Shown here: positions 33,975-45,485 of the stretch, in pieces
Numbering within the stretch: position 1 is the stretch's first letter
How the letters are laid out: every line of letters begins with the position of its first letter
Source: Naegleria gruberi
Lineage: Eukaryota
DNA: 64,000 nucleotides
Strand: one strand, 5' to 3'
Assembly: GCA_000004985.1 (NCBI GenBank)
Contig: GG738876.1
Notes under the pieces: model-generated
The model's input: the letters and a program-made list of their open reading frames with translations, nothing else
The model's database searches: none
Told to the model about the DNA's origin: nothing
Program-made: the position numbers and the translations under genes

Positions 33975-35102
33975 ATGAAAAAAATGCAAAATGAATCTTC
34001 TCTTCCTATAAGTGGTGATGATGAACAACTAGAATATTTGGACGAGGGGATGATAATTATGGAGGCCAATTTGGAGAAGGATGTTAAATGTTCTCTGATT
34101 AAAGATTGGTCATTGAATGAAAATATTCTCATTGGAAGAGGACAAGTTATTGGATTTCGGGAAAATCAAGAAGATTTTGAGAAGATCTTGATAGGAAAAG
34201 AGACAATTTTGTGTGGAGTATTTGATGGACATTGTGGTGATGCTTGTGCTCGATTCATCTCATCTAAATGTTTAGATGAAATTTCACAAAATATTAAATT
34301 ATTAAATAATAATATTAGTACTAATACAACAATTAATAGTGATAACAGCAATCAAAATCAAATATTAAATATTAATGAACAAGTATTAGAAGAAACATTT
34401 GCAAAATTGCAATCCGACTATATTCAATTCAGAGAAGAAATTAATTCCACCACTACCACTAATTCATCAAATAACAATAATAATACTCTAACACCAGAAA
34501 CAACAGCCTTACCACCCGAGAATAGCACTTCAACTAACCGTGAGGAAGACATTATTTCCCTAGAGTGTGGCACTACAGCAAATATAATCCTTCTCTCCTC
34601 ACATAATCCCTCAACAATCTACAGTATCAATTGTGGTGATTCACGAGCTATTTACTTTAATGGTACCAAGACGATAATGTTAAGTAGAGATCATAAACCT
34701 AATGATTTGGATGAAAATAGCAGAATTAAAAAGCTTGGTGGACATATTGATGAAGAAAGTGGAAGAATTGATGGTTTTCTTTCTTATTCTAGGTCATTTG
34801 GCGATTTAGATTACCAACCAATTGTTTCCTATTCGCCAGAATTAAAAATCATGGAGAGACAAGAAAAGAAATCTGGAGCTGAATTTATTTTAATCGCCAC
34901 AGATGGTTTATTCGAAGGGTTTAAATCTAATGAGGAGTGTACTCATTACATTACTGAATTTTTACAATCACACAATTATAATGCCGAGAATGCAACCATT
35001 GTAATTAGTGAGCTTATTGGTTCCATGTTGGATTATTGTGTGAATGAGCTCGAATCGATGGACAATGTAACACTGCAATTAGTCATGTTCATGCATAAAT
35101 AA
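33975..35102 (+). CDS. PP2C-family Ser/Thr protein phosphatase
   Basis: PP2C motifs are present: LCGVFDGHCGDACARF, TANIILLSSHNPSTIYSINCGDSRAIYF, LSRDHKPNDLDENSRIKKLGG, GFLSYSRSFGDLDYQ and IATDGLFEGFKSNEE. An N-rich insertion lies between the motifs. Confidence 0.75.
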   Translation: MKKMQNESSLPISGDDEQLEYLDEGMIIMEANLEKDVKCSLIKDWSLNENILIGRGQVIGFRENQEDFEKILIGKETILCGVFDGHCGDACARFISSKCLDEISQNIKLLNNNISTNTTINSDNSNQNQILNINEQVLEETFAKLQSDYIQFREEINSTTTTNSSNNNNNTLTPETTALPPENSTSTNREEDIISLECGTTANIILLSSHNPSTIYSINCGDSRAIYFNGTKTIMLSRDHKPNDLDENSRIKKLGGHIDEESGRIDGFLSYSRSFGDLDYQPIVSYSPELKIMERQEKKSGAEFILIATDGLFEGFKSNEECTHYITEFLQSHNYNAENATIVISELIGSMLDYCVNELESMDNVTLQLVMFMHK

Positions 35103-36073
35103 GTGACCAATCAATGTTGAGAAATAACACCATTTTTACATCTTGATGTATAGCCTAGTTAGTTTGGTTTTCATTTTCACCAGATTTGGGTCGGTAGTCA
35201 TCTAGGTTTGATTTAACGTTGATATGAAAGAGATGTCATCTCTCTTGACAGTTTCCTCTTGTTTCGAATTTATCATTCACGTGATACATTTTTGAATCTA
35301 ACTTTTGAAATAAAGATATTACATATTGGTATATTGAATTCAAATTAGGCCAGTTCTACTTTCGGCAGGTCGAAAAACATGGTTCAACAGATGTTGTAAA
35401 AACTACATCATATTGTCTCTGTTTTGCCTATCTCTAAGGAATTTTAAATCTCGTATTGATGGCAGATTGTTGTATTCAATTCAATGACAAACTATTACAT
35501 TATGTTGTTTAAATACTGTTAATGTTCTACAACACTAACAAAGCAAATGAAGACTTCCAAACAAGTAATTGTTACATTCCTAATACAATTGTTGAGCCAA
35601 TCTTAAATAACAATCTCAAAAACAGTATTTTCAACAAACGTCAGAAACGACTTCATGCTCCGTAACCGAGGAAGAGTTTTGACCTCTTTTGTGAACACAT
35701 CATTAAAAAGCTAAAAATCTCGTTGAATGAGATCATCTCAAATTTGCTATCTCGCCACTTTTGGCAATTTTTAACCCATCGTTGTTGCTTGTATTTTTCA
35801 CTGTGCTGACCAACAGCAATTAATTTCTCTCGTGAAAGGCTTTAAATTCACTTCGATAATTTCCAAGCAGCGCTCAACACAAAAAAATCAATCAACACAT
35901 TAAAAGCAAATTGCCTTGCTGAAAAAGAGAAGAATTAGCCTCCTCTCTCTACCTTGCGCATTATTATCTAGAATTAATTCATAGCCAATCTACCAATACA
36001 AAGCATCGACCTCTACTGCTTTCAAATATTAGCATATTCTCTTTTAGCATATTCACAATATACGGTTAACCAA

Positions 36074-36994
36074 ATGCCAACTGCACAACATCCTATTATT
36101 CAACACTCTGACTATGATGATCATCATTTGTCTTCAGATGAAATAACAACATTTAATTGTCAATCAGATAAGAAGATTTCAAGCAGATATACACAATTGC
36201 GAAAGCAGTTGAGATCCTGTGAACATTTCAAAGAAAATTACTTTGTTCTCGAAGTGAACAAGCCTAACAAAGCATCTCAGGATAACAATACCTTAGAAAA
36301 GAAGAAGAGAAAGAAGAGACAAACAGCTGCCGAGGACCATCCACATCCAGACGAAAGTCTTTCGAATGATGACGGCTCAGAAGAAATGAAAAAAAAGAAG
36401 AGAAAGTCATCCAAAACAACAAGTACTCAACCAGCAGCTGCTCAAACAATAGAAGACAAAGTTGCCATTCATACCTCTCCAACCAATAATATCAATGCCA
36501 CTACCATTTCATCTAACAACTCCTCAACCACCATGCAAATTACCACTTCCACTACTTGTGTAAATAATGAACAACAAACACCAACCTCTAATACAGAAAC
36601 AGGCAACCAACAAGTGTCACCTCAATTGAATGATGGATTGGTTCTCCAATTAATGGGTTTGCTTCAAAATAATAATGCTTCCAATCCAACTTGCAATAGT
36701 AATCAAATGACACTAGAAGGTTTAGAATTGCAAATCAAATTGTTGCAGAGATTGCAAGAGACAATTAACTTACTTAAAGGATCGAGTCAACTACAAATGA
36801 TAGTGCCATCTCAGGAAAGTATGCCAACAATGAATTCAAATAGCTCAATGCCATCGATATCATCATCCGAAGATATATTTCAAATACTAGACTATGGAGA
36901 CTGCCCAGATAACAATAATCAAAGTTTTCCAGTTGAAATGACTGGTTTTGCCAGTTGTGAAGATTTTGCTGAATTGTTGAACGGTTTCATCTAA
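36074..36994 (+). CDS. Hypothetical low-complexity protein, K/E-rich and T/N-rich
   Basis: A 306-aa ORF. Confidence 0.3.
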   Translation: MPTAQHPIIQHSDYDDHHLSSDEITTFNCQSDKKISSRYTQLRKQLRSCEHFKENYFVLEVNKPNKASQDNNTLEKKKRKKRQTAAEDHPHPDESLSNDDGSEEMKKKKRKSSKTTSTQPAAAQTIEDKVAIHTSPTNNINATTISSNNSSTTMQITTSTTCVNNEQQTPTSNTETGNQQVSPQLNDGLVLQLMGLLQNNNASNPTCNSNQMTLEGLELQIKLLQRLQETINLLKGSSQLQMIVPSQESMPTMNSNSSMPSISSSEDIFQILDYGDCPDNNNQSFPVEMTGFASCEDFAELLNGFI

Positions 36995-37158
36995 TCTGCT
37001 TATGTACTAATAAAAACACTGTAAATTGCTACTAATTAAGAAAGATCCTAAATAGTTGAATTCTAAATTTCACTTGAAACGTTTGCCACTTTTCCAAATA
37101 TATTCCATCGCCCATTTAGTAAATATTGAGGTAAGTTGTGAAATTAGACAAAATGAGT

Positions 37159-38418
37159 TTATTGGAGATGTTTGTTAAGTTTGCTAAATGGAGTAACATC
37201 AAGGACCAGATTTGGTAGATCAGACTTTTCACATATTGCCACGTTTAACTCTGGACTAAAGACCTGAATAAGTTCCTTGGTTGAAACCTCAAGAATGTGA
37301 TGAAAATCTGAATCGAGTTCGAGAGGAACATGGTCCTTCTCATCAAGAGTAAATAAATGTATCTTCTTGGTCATACCCTCGAACTTTGGATGGAGCAGTT
37401 CAGTTGCTACCTTCAGCAGAGGAATGATTGCAGATTTTTCCACTTGTTCTTCAGAACTCTTTGTTACAAATTGTTTAAAGTTTCTCTTAATGTCAGTAGT
37501 GTTGCCAATGTATACAATTTTTGTCTTTTCAGAATTTGAGACCGTGATGGCATAGAGTGTGACACATCTATTGATATCCAGAACATGTCTATATAATTCA
37601 GAGAAGAGTAAATAGTATTGTTTTAAAACTGCATTGTAAGGTGTTGTGTCAACGTGAAGACTATGATTTGGAGAGAGATTTTGATGTTCTATAAAGCTTT
37701 CCACAGAGAGTGCACCTTCTCTTTGCCATTGTTCCAATCTTTCCTTGGTTTGAGTATTTACATAATTTTTCAAAAGAGAAATCATTTCTTCCTTTTCACT
37801 AATTTGCCCAATATCTGTTTTAAAGGAATTGTACTTTAAATGAGCGTGAGGATGGTGACTAATCACATTTTCAATCTCCTCTCTTTCTTCATTACCTTGC
37901 TCCAAAAGACTCAGTAATTGAGATTTGTAATTTTCTGCTGAGAGTAATACTCTGTGCAAATCATCGAGAACATCAATCAATCTGGTCTTATCACCAATTG
38001 AAGGTAATTTAGTTTCATATTTTTCACGTAATTCTTCCAACTTTTGCAAGAGTTTTTCAAAATGTTTAACTCTATCCAAAGTAGTTGCACTTGTTGATTT
38101 GTCTTCATCATCACCAATACAAACCGAGTGTTCAATTGCCCACTGATCTTCTTCAATATTATCCTTAAATTGAACTAATTTTTCCTTTACAATTTGATAA
38201 AGTTTTAATTGTTCCTCAACCAAGGCTTGTTCATAATAATAAACACAATCATAGACAAGCTTTGAAAATTCCTCTCCGTACACATTATTCATACAATCGG
38301 ATAAGATATTGATAGAGTTTTGAAGTGATGAGAATCGATGCAAGACTTCCGGTTGAATCATTTCATACAAATGAATGGAAGTCAAATGACGTGGAATTAC
38401 TACTTGTTGTTGAGACAT
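37159..38418 (-). CDS. Hypothetical coiled-coil protein
   Basis: A 419-aa ORF with coding-like composition and no family assignment. Confidence 0.35.
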   Translation of the reverse strand: MSQQQVVIPRHLTSIHLYEMIQPEVLHRFSSLQNSINILSDCMNNVYGEEFSKLVYDCVYYYEQALVEEQLKLYQIVKEKLVQFKDNIEEDQWAIEHSVCIGDDEDKSTSATTLDRVKHFEKLLQKLEELREKYETKLPSIGDKTRLIDVLDDLHRVLLSAENYKSQLLSLLEQGNEEREEIENVISHHPHAHLKYNSFKTDIGQISEKEEMISLLKNYVNTQTKERLEQWQREGALSVESFIEHQNLSPNHSLHVDTTPYNAVLKQYYLLFSELYRHVLDINRCVTLYAITVSNSEKTKIVYIGNTTDIKRNFKQFVTKSSEEQVEKSAIIPLLKVATELLHPKFEGMTKKIHLFTLDEKDHVPLELDSDFHHILEVSTKELIQVFSPELNVAICEKSDLPNLVLDVTPFSKLNKHLQ

Positions 38419-39067
38419 TTTTTTTGCTTAGAGTTTTGAGAACACTTTTAGATGGTTTCTTATTTGGAAATATTAGGCTTGTTGTTTTGGTCAATTATGA
38501 AAATTTGTTCTATTTGATGTAATTTGATGAGATTTTATTAATAATGGAATGTTTATTATAATTTAATATTAACAATAAATTAGCAAGTAAATTTAATATT
38601 CATTGTATTAAATTAATAAATTGATCCTGATCAAAAATGTATACAATTCCGATCATATTCCCTCTGTCAAAACCCTTATCATTTTGATATTAATAATTTC
38701 GCCTTTTCATTCCTCATGATCAACTTGATCTTTCAAAATATGAGGCAATTCTACCTTACCTTACAATATCAATCCATTTTTTCCTCATTATTATCAACCA
38801 AACCCTTCAACTACCAAATTCAGTCCTATTGCAAATATTTCCAAAAAGGACTTTGTAAAGCAAAGCGAAAAGCCACAACAACCTTCCTCACTACTGTAAA
38901 TTTTCATTCCGTTGCTGTTGTTCTTAAGCGCTTATTGCTGATAATATCTAGGGCTTGATCAGATTGATGCTTGCATACAAAGAGAGCTCTCTGATGACGA
39001 GTTTCAAGTGTGATAAAAGTAATGATAATTCACCATCAAATCGAAAAGAAAAACAAAATCTGAAAAA

Positions 39068-39901
39068 ATGAACAAAATCGTTTCTTCATCGACACTCACT
39101 GCCACTAACCAAATTGTTCAATCTGGTGTTGTTGCTTCTAGATTGTTCAAATCTACTAGATTTTTACGTCAAGCAGCTGCTTCTTCTACAACTAGTTCTG
39201 ATTTGCCAGTTTTTACTAAAGGTGTCTTGTTAGTTGGTAGACCAGGTGCCGGAAAGGGTACTTATGCATCAAGAGCTGCTGAAAAGCTTGGTATTCCTCA
39301 TATTGCTGCTGGTGATATTATCAGAGAAGAAATCAAGGCTGGTAGTGAATTTGGTAAGAAGGTCAAGGAATATACATCAAAGGGTGAATTGGTTCCTGAT
39401 GAATTAGTTATGGAATTGTTGGTTGATAGAATTTCAAAGATTCGTCAAGCCAATGCCGGAAGAGGTTTCTTCTTGGATGGTTTCCCTCGTACTCTCAATC
39501 AAGCTGTTGCTCTTGATGCCATCAGTGACAAGATCAAACTTGATCTCGTTATTAACTTGCATCAAGATGAAGATATTATCATTGCCAAGACTGTTAATAG
39601 AAGAATTTGTTCTAAGTGTGGTACTGGATACAATTATGCTCACATCAAGAGAGATGGTCTCGATATGCCACCACTCGTTCCAAAGGTTGAAGGTGTCTGT
39701 GATACATGTGGTGCTAAGGACTCTTTGATTCAAAGAGATGACGATAAGGAAGAAGTTATTGTCAAGAGATTGGCTGAATATGAAAAATTAACTTCACCAT
39801 TGTTGTCTTTCTATGAAAAGAAGGGTTTGTTGAAGAATTTCATTGTTAATGGTGGTGCTAAGGCCTTGTTACCATCTTTCCTCAAGCTTTTGCAAGATTA
39901 A
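39068..39901 (+). CDS. Adenylate kinase with a 4-Cys zinc-binding LID and an N-terminal extension of about 55 aa that looks like an organellar presequence
   Basis: The P-loop is VGRPGAGKGTYASRAAEKLGIPHIAAGDIIR. The AMP-binding region is GFFLDGFPRTLNQAVALD. The LID carries CSKCGTGYN...CDTCGA. The N-terminus is R/S/T-rich with no acidic residues. Confidence 0.75.
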   Translation: MNKIVSSSTLTATNQIVQSGVVASRLFKSTRFLRQAAASSTTSSDLPVFTKGVLLVGRPGAGKGTYASRAAEKLGIPHIAAGDIIREEIKAGSEFGKKVKEYTSKGELVPDELVMELLVDRISKIRQANAGRGFFLDGFPRTLNQAVALDAISDKIKLDLVINLHQDEDIIIAKTVNRRICSKCGTGYNYAHIKRDGLDMPPLVPKVEGVCDTCGAKDSLIQRDDDKEEVIVKRLAEYEKLTSPLLSFYEKKGLLKNFIVNGGAKALLPSFLKLLQD

Positions 39902-40150
39902 TTTTGTACACTCGGAATTTGTAAAATATAATTTTTGTATTAATTTGTGTTTGGATTGCATATATTATTAATAATGGGTTGTTGTATGCATTTGTGGAAT
40001 TGCTTGCAGTTCTGAAATCGATTTGAGGAATTTTTCACATAATGTGAAATAATATGATTGTGAAATCTAATAAATGGTATTTCGCAATGATATTATTTCA
40101 CAAAAGGAAAGTTTATTACCACCACTTGATTTGAACAGTAGATGATGAAT

Positions 40151-41362
40151 TTATTGAATTTCACTGTACTTTTTGTTTCTTCTCAAACAACAAATCATTG
40201 CAACAATAGTAATAATTCCAACCACTATCAACAATGCTCCAAAAGCAGATGCAGTCACTGCAACTATAATTGTACTCTCATCAACAGGAATCTTTCCAGA
40301 ACTTTGGTGTGGTGTTGATGAACTGATTGTCTTAATGGTCTTGACCATAATGGTGACAGATTTTACATCATTTCCAATAGTATCATCACATGTGAGTGTT
40401 CCTTCCTTGAGATTGACTTTGGATCGACCATTATCTACATAACTATTAGTTCTCTCCTTTTGGTAACCACAAGCAAGAGTTTCAATTTGCAAAGTTTCAT
40501 TAAATTGTTTCGAATAATAATCTAATAACTTGTCTGCATCAAAGTAGAATACATAATTTCTCAAACCATATCCATTATAATCTAATTTTTGATTCTCTGA
40601 TCCAATTACATTGAACTTGTAAAGTGAAATATAGGAAGGATTAGGATAATTAATTTGATCAGTGACAGCAACCATCTTGTATCTTAATGGATTTCCTATT
40701 GGAATGGATCCATAAAAATTGTAATAATACACATCAAGTGTTTGATTCAAAGAAGTGTCCATTTCATAGTTGACCACTTGAGGATATGAAATGTTGACAT
40801 AGGTGTTCATTTCTGATTTTTGAGTAATAAACTTGCCGAAAGTTCCCATGTAGAGAATGTTATTTTGGAGGGTATTTTGATAATCTCTAAATGTTGCGTT
40901 TACTGTCTTGACGAATATTCTTTCTCTAATTTCGTTCGGCATTGGTACGAAACTATTCGAATTATCTAACAATAATAAATTCAAATAATCAGGAACTGCA
41001 TTAAAGACACCCATAAAGTAGGACAGGTACAAGAAGAACGTATCATCCTCTCCATACCATGCATTAGTCAAATTCAATGAATAAACCCCAAATAAAGTCA
41101 ACTCATCTGCAGACGAAACATTTACAATCGGATACTTTTTGAAACTATTCATTTCTTCATCACTGTATTGATGCATAACCAAGGAGCCACCAATTCCATC
41201 TCCAATAAACTTCATCCCAATTGCAGCAAGTGATTCTGTTGAGAATAATAAATTGGACGAATTGAGTGGAAAACTTTCATCAAATTGTTGAGCGTTAACA
41301 GTGAAGAGCAATAAACAGAGTACTAGAAAAAGTAATATTTGGCAACTGTGTGTTGATTTCAT
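40151..41362 (-). CDS. Type I membrane glycoprotein with a signal peptide, many N-glycosylation sequons and a C-terminal TM
   Basis: Signal peptide MKSTHSCQILLFLVLCLLLFTVNA is present. The C-terminal TM is IIVAVTASAFGALLIVVGIITIVAMICC, followed by a short basic tail. Confidence 0.45.
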   Translation of the reverse strand: MKSTHSCQILLFLVLCLLLFTVNAQQFDESFPLNSSNLLFSTESLAAIGMKFIGDGIGGSLVMHQYSDEEMNSFKKYPIVNVSSADELTLFGVYSLNLTNAWYGEDDTFFLYLSYFMGVFNAVPDYLNLLLLDNSNSFVPMPNEIRERIFVKTVNATFRDYQNTLQNNILYMGTFGKFITQKSEMNTYVNISYPQVVNYEMDTSLNQTLDVYYYNFYGSIPIGNPLRYKMVAVTDQINYPNPSYISLYKFNVIGSENQKLDYNGYGLRNYVFYFDADKLLDYYSKQFNETLQIETLACGYQKERTNSYVDNGRSKVNLKEGTLTCDDTIGNDVKSVTIMVKTIKTISSSTPHQSSGKIPVDESTIIVAVTASAFGALLIVVGIITIVAMICCLRRNKKYSEIQ

Positions 41363-41580
41363 TTTTTAATTTCACAATTTCACTTTGTCTGTCGAAGTTT
41401 GTTTTTATTTCGAATGTTCTAATATCAAAACACCACCTTGAACTCCTTACGAGGTGTCTGCTTTTCACTTCTTCTACCCGTACTGGAAAGTTGGTTGTAT
41501 CCATTGAAAACTGAAAGGTCAAGTCTTGGAACTTATGTTGAGTTCTGTAAATAATGTTTAGAATGAAATTAACCCACAGT

Positions 41581-44262
41581 TTATTCTACCAAGTTTGGTA
41601 GATGAATAATCTTTCTGATCAATTTAGGAGCATGTTTGATGCTCAAACGTGATGATTCGGTGCAGTTATTAATTCTAGTAAATGTCAAGCTTCGTAAGTT
41701 AGGGGCTACAATATTGAAATCCACTGCAACTGTATGAACTGAATCAATATAAATATGTTGAATGGCATGATGTGTTTCATCTCCTAATTCCAATCTCAAA
41801 GTGTCTCTTATCTTGGAGAGTTCTAGTTTTTTAAGTGATGGCAAAGAATGCAAATTCAAGGCTAAATTAGTGAAAATTGAATCAGTAAGTTGCAGATTTT
41901 TCAAGTTTTGTAAATTGAAACCATCATGCAATGCTGGAATGGCAAAAGACATTTTAATGTCCTCTATGGAGCGACTTGTCTTGCTATCCAGTATTATCCT
42001 CTTTTCAGTGGATGGCTGTGGTGTATACTTGTTTGCACTGGTGCAATGCACTTGTTTTAGGGAAGTGCAATTATTGATAGCAGTCAGACCTCCCAATTCA
42101 TCTGTTTCTACCCTCATTTCCCTGAGATACTGATTTGAGATACTTCTGTTATTGTTTATATCTCGAGCAACATAGGTTTTAACATTGAAAAAGTTGAAGA
42201 CACTCAAGTCCTCAACATTGGTTGTGTACCCTTTGAGTCCAGTTTTCAACCATTCAAAGTTAACAGAGAGGGCATCCACTCTATGGAATCGATGAATGCT
42301 CTCTGATAAACCATCGACAACACTTGGTGGAATCTGATCTTGGAAGAATAGCTTGATTTGTTGGAGTGAAAGTTCTGAGGCATTTCTTGGTATGTATGGA
42401 GAAATATCGTGCTCTGGAACATGGGCCAAGTTCAAATTAAAGTAAACATGCATTTGGTCTAATTTACCAATTGTTGCATTGAAACTAACGGTAGAGACGG
42501 CAACTTTGGATTCCATCTTGACAACAAGAAGGTCAACCTTTTCCAAGTCAATGTGGTAGGTTCTCAACTCGTGGGGTATTTTACCTTCATTAGGATAGCT
42601 AAATGTTAGTTTCTTTACATAATTTCCCTTCAAGACTAGAGAGTTTGGAATTCCAATAATGGTTGTATGTTGTGGAGCTCTATCAATTTGAATATCAGTC
42701 TTACTGCATGCAATTTTCAGCTTCTTCATTGATGGATGATTCTTGATGATAAGCTTGCTTGAAGATTTTTCATTATCATCCCAATCATATGAGTAGGAAA
42801 AGTTTAACAGACTCGAATGCTTTTCCATCCAGAAATCAATTAGATCGCTCTCATTATTATCTCTCTTCTCTGGGAAGTATTCAAATGTTTCGAGAATTGG
42901 AAATGGCTTTTGGTTAGAAGTAATGGAGAGTTGCAACTTGTAAACATGGAAATAAGTAAGGAACGGTAGGAAGGAACCATCAAGAATGGCATGAACTGGC
43001 ACATCAACAAAGTTATTCAAACCCAAATGTCTGAGACTTCTTGGGAGAGGAACTTGAGATGGAGAAAAGGTAAGTGTATTGGCTTCATTATCTTCCTCAC
43101 CAGAGTAAATGTACAATGTTAGTTTTTTCAGGCAAGTTAGTGAGGAACAAAGAGTTTTCCATGTATCACTCATTAAAGTTTGAATACTGATTTCTAGATT
43201 TAGTCTAGTCAATCTATTGGAAAGGGTTTGAATATTGTTGTAAATGATTGGTGAAGAAATATCTAAACCTCCTTCCAGTTCAATTCCTCTCAGTTGTTGG
43301 CTCGTAGAAAGTATCTGAGATATTTTACCTAGATCCTCCTTCTTTGATTGAACGAGTGAGGAGAGTGCTGACAAGTGTTCAATCTCTGAAGAGTGAGTTT
43401 GAATGAAATTCTCAAATGCAAAGACAGTACTGCTAATTTTCAAATCTCGTAACGTTTCGAAACGATTAAATATTTGGTCTGTAGTTGGTTTTCCATAGTA
43501 ATTCATATCTTCTATATAGTTGGTCAAGTCTTTTGGTGAAGCATTCTCAACACTTTCTCTAGCTGTCAGAAAAGTAACATTATTAACTTTTGGGAAATGA
43601 TTAGCCCATGTTAACATTCTACCTTGAAGATTTGTATTGTTGGAAAGAAGAGGAATTGGAATTACTAGGTTTTGAATCATGCTGACATCACAAAGAGTTT
43701 CAATAAATGAAACGAATTGATTAGTCAACTCTGATTCACTCGAGAAGTAAAAAGATGAATTTCCATCATATCTTTTCACCACTAAATCTATATTTCTAAA
43801 CTTTTCATCACACAACACTGCAAAGCAAGTAGTACTATAATTATCTGGCATGAATGACTTGACAAAATGATGAAGATCAGCAATTTTATCATACCAAATA
43901 AACCAATTGAAGTAAATCTTTTCTCTGAGTGTCTTATTTACATGAAGCAGAGGAATAATAACAGAAGCCATCGAGCTACTAAATTTATCCTCCACAAGGT
44001 ATTTACATATAAGTGCCAAGACTTCGTGTGGCAAATCCGAAAGATTTTCAAAGTATGACGTTTGTACAGAAGAGTAATCCTGATGAGGACAAGAATAATC
44101 GATCAACAAGTGAGCATTCTCTCCTAAAAGGTGAGATGTCAGTGTTGTTGTTTCTTCTTGTTGAATTACTTCCAAGGAGCCTAAAGACATGATGATGTTA
44201 TTATTGTACAGTAATGTATTAGATATTCTCCAAAATAGTTTCGGAGTGTTATCAGACGACAC
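41581..44262 (-). CDS. Large F-box/LRR protein of 893 aa
   Basis: F-box PHEVLALICKYLVED...LLHVNKTLREKIYFNWF is present. The rest has extensive L-rich repeat periodicity. Confidence 0.5.
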   Translation of the reverse strand: MSSDNTPKLFWRISNTLLYNNNIIMSLGSLEVIQQEETTTLTSHLLGENAHLLIDYSCPHQDYSSVQTSYFENLSDLPHEVLALICKYLVEDKFSSSMASVIIPLLHVNKTLREKIYFNWFIWYDKIADLHHFVKSFMPDNYSTTCFAVLCDEKFRNIDLVVKRYDGNSSFYFSSESELTNQFVSFIETLCDVSMIQNLVIPIPLLSNNTNLQGRMLTWANHFPKVNNVTFLTARESVENASPKDLTNYIEDMNYYGKPTTDQIFNRFETLRDLKISSTVFAFENFIQTHSSEIEHLSALSSLVQSKKEDLGKISQILSTSQQLRGIELEGGLDISSPIIYNNIQTLSNRLTRLNLEISIQTLMSDTWKTLCSSLTCLKKLTLYIYSGEEDNEANTLTFSPSQVPLPRSLRHLGLNNFVDVPVHAILDGSFLPFLTYFHVYKLQLSITSNQKPFPILETFEYFPEKRDNNESDLIDFWMEKHSSLLNFSYSYDWDDNEKSSSKLIIKNHPSMKKLKIACSKTDIQIDRAPQHTTIIGIPNSLVLKGNYVKKLTFSYPNEGKIPHELRTYHIDLEKVDLLVVKMESKVAVSTVSFNATIGKLDQMHVYFNLNLAHVPEHDISPYIPRNASELSLQQIKLFFQDQIPPSVVDGLSESIHRFHRVDALSVNFEWLKTGLKGYTTNVEDLSVFNFFNVKTYVARDINNNRSISNQYLREMRVETDELGGLTAINNCTSLKQVHCTSANKYTPQPSTEKRIILDSKTSRSIEDIKMSFAIPALHDGFNLQNLKNLQLTDSIFTNLALNLHSLPSLKKLELSKIRDTLRLELGDETHHAIQHIYIDSVHTVAVDFNIVAPNLRSLTFTRINNCTESSRLSIKHAPKLIRKIIHLPNLVE

Positions 44263-45485
44263 TTTAATCTAATTGACAATGCGCACAACCACCACAAGCA
44301 ATCAATGATTGTTAAACAAGTCTCCTCGAGTGTTGTTCAACTATATTGTTCTAGAACGTGTGTTGTTCTTTTTTTACTTTTTATTTCAAGCTGGAGAAAT
44401 TTCATGGGAAGACGCAAAGAGATGCGGAAGGTTTTTTTGGTTTGGAAAAATCTACGAAAACTTCCAAGGTTTTGTTGTCGGGTTGGAAATATTTTTCCAG
44501 ATTTTTCAAGGGAGTGGATTGGATTGAGGAGAAACATTGTTTAGAGTTTCGCCTATTCCAAGGGAAAGATATATTGATTGTAGATTTGCATGTCCCTTAG
44601 TGTAGATGATCTTGAAATGAAAAAAGAAACATTTTGGGATTGTGTTGTTTGAGGATTTGTTGTAAACTCATATAGTATTGAGAATCGTATAAAAATAATA
44701 TCATTTCAATCAATTTACTAATTTACTGTAGATCAATAGTTTAAAAATGTGATGGAAGGATCAGGTCAATTTTTTTCACAGCGATCCAAATCTCATTCTT
44801 CCAGTCTTCTGCCACTTCTAAGAGCGAATGTTTTGTTGCTGAATAGATTGCTGAATAATTCCAAACTATTGACATGTTAAAAGGTGTTATTCTTGAAGGA
44901 GGAACGAGATCTCATTATTCTTTTATTTAGTAGTATTCTTGCTTGTTTGCTTTCCAAATTGAACTTGCAATAAAAATCAAATATGAAGAAAATAAATAAA
45001 TATTTAAAAAAAAATGGTGCAACATCAATGAAGGATGTGTATTCACCCTCTTGATGATAATTTCCAGCAACAGAACATAAATCCCAACAATTAGTAGATC
45101 AAGAATATCTGAATAAGAATATCGGAAAGTGTTTTTGAAAATAATAAGAGCTTTGGAAAATATTTTGTGAAATCTCTGCGTATTGGTGATTCACCATAGA
45201 TCTATTGATCTGATACCGTTCATATGAAAGATTTGGAACCAGAAATATCACACAAAATTGGAAAATAGTTTTGGAAAGTAATTTTGAACACTTTCAAGTT
45301 GTTTCCAAAGTTGAAATGAGCCTCGAATTTTCCAATTACCACTAATCTTTAAACACCAACAATGGAAAGTTTATATTTTTAGAATTTAAAATATTTCCCT
45401 AATTGGTGTTTGTTAGTTATTGTAACAATACAAATTTAAAATCAATAGGTAACTATTAGAAAGAGAGGAAAAAAACGAAAAGAAA

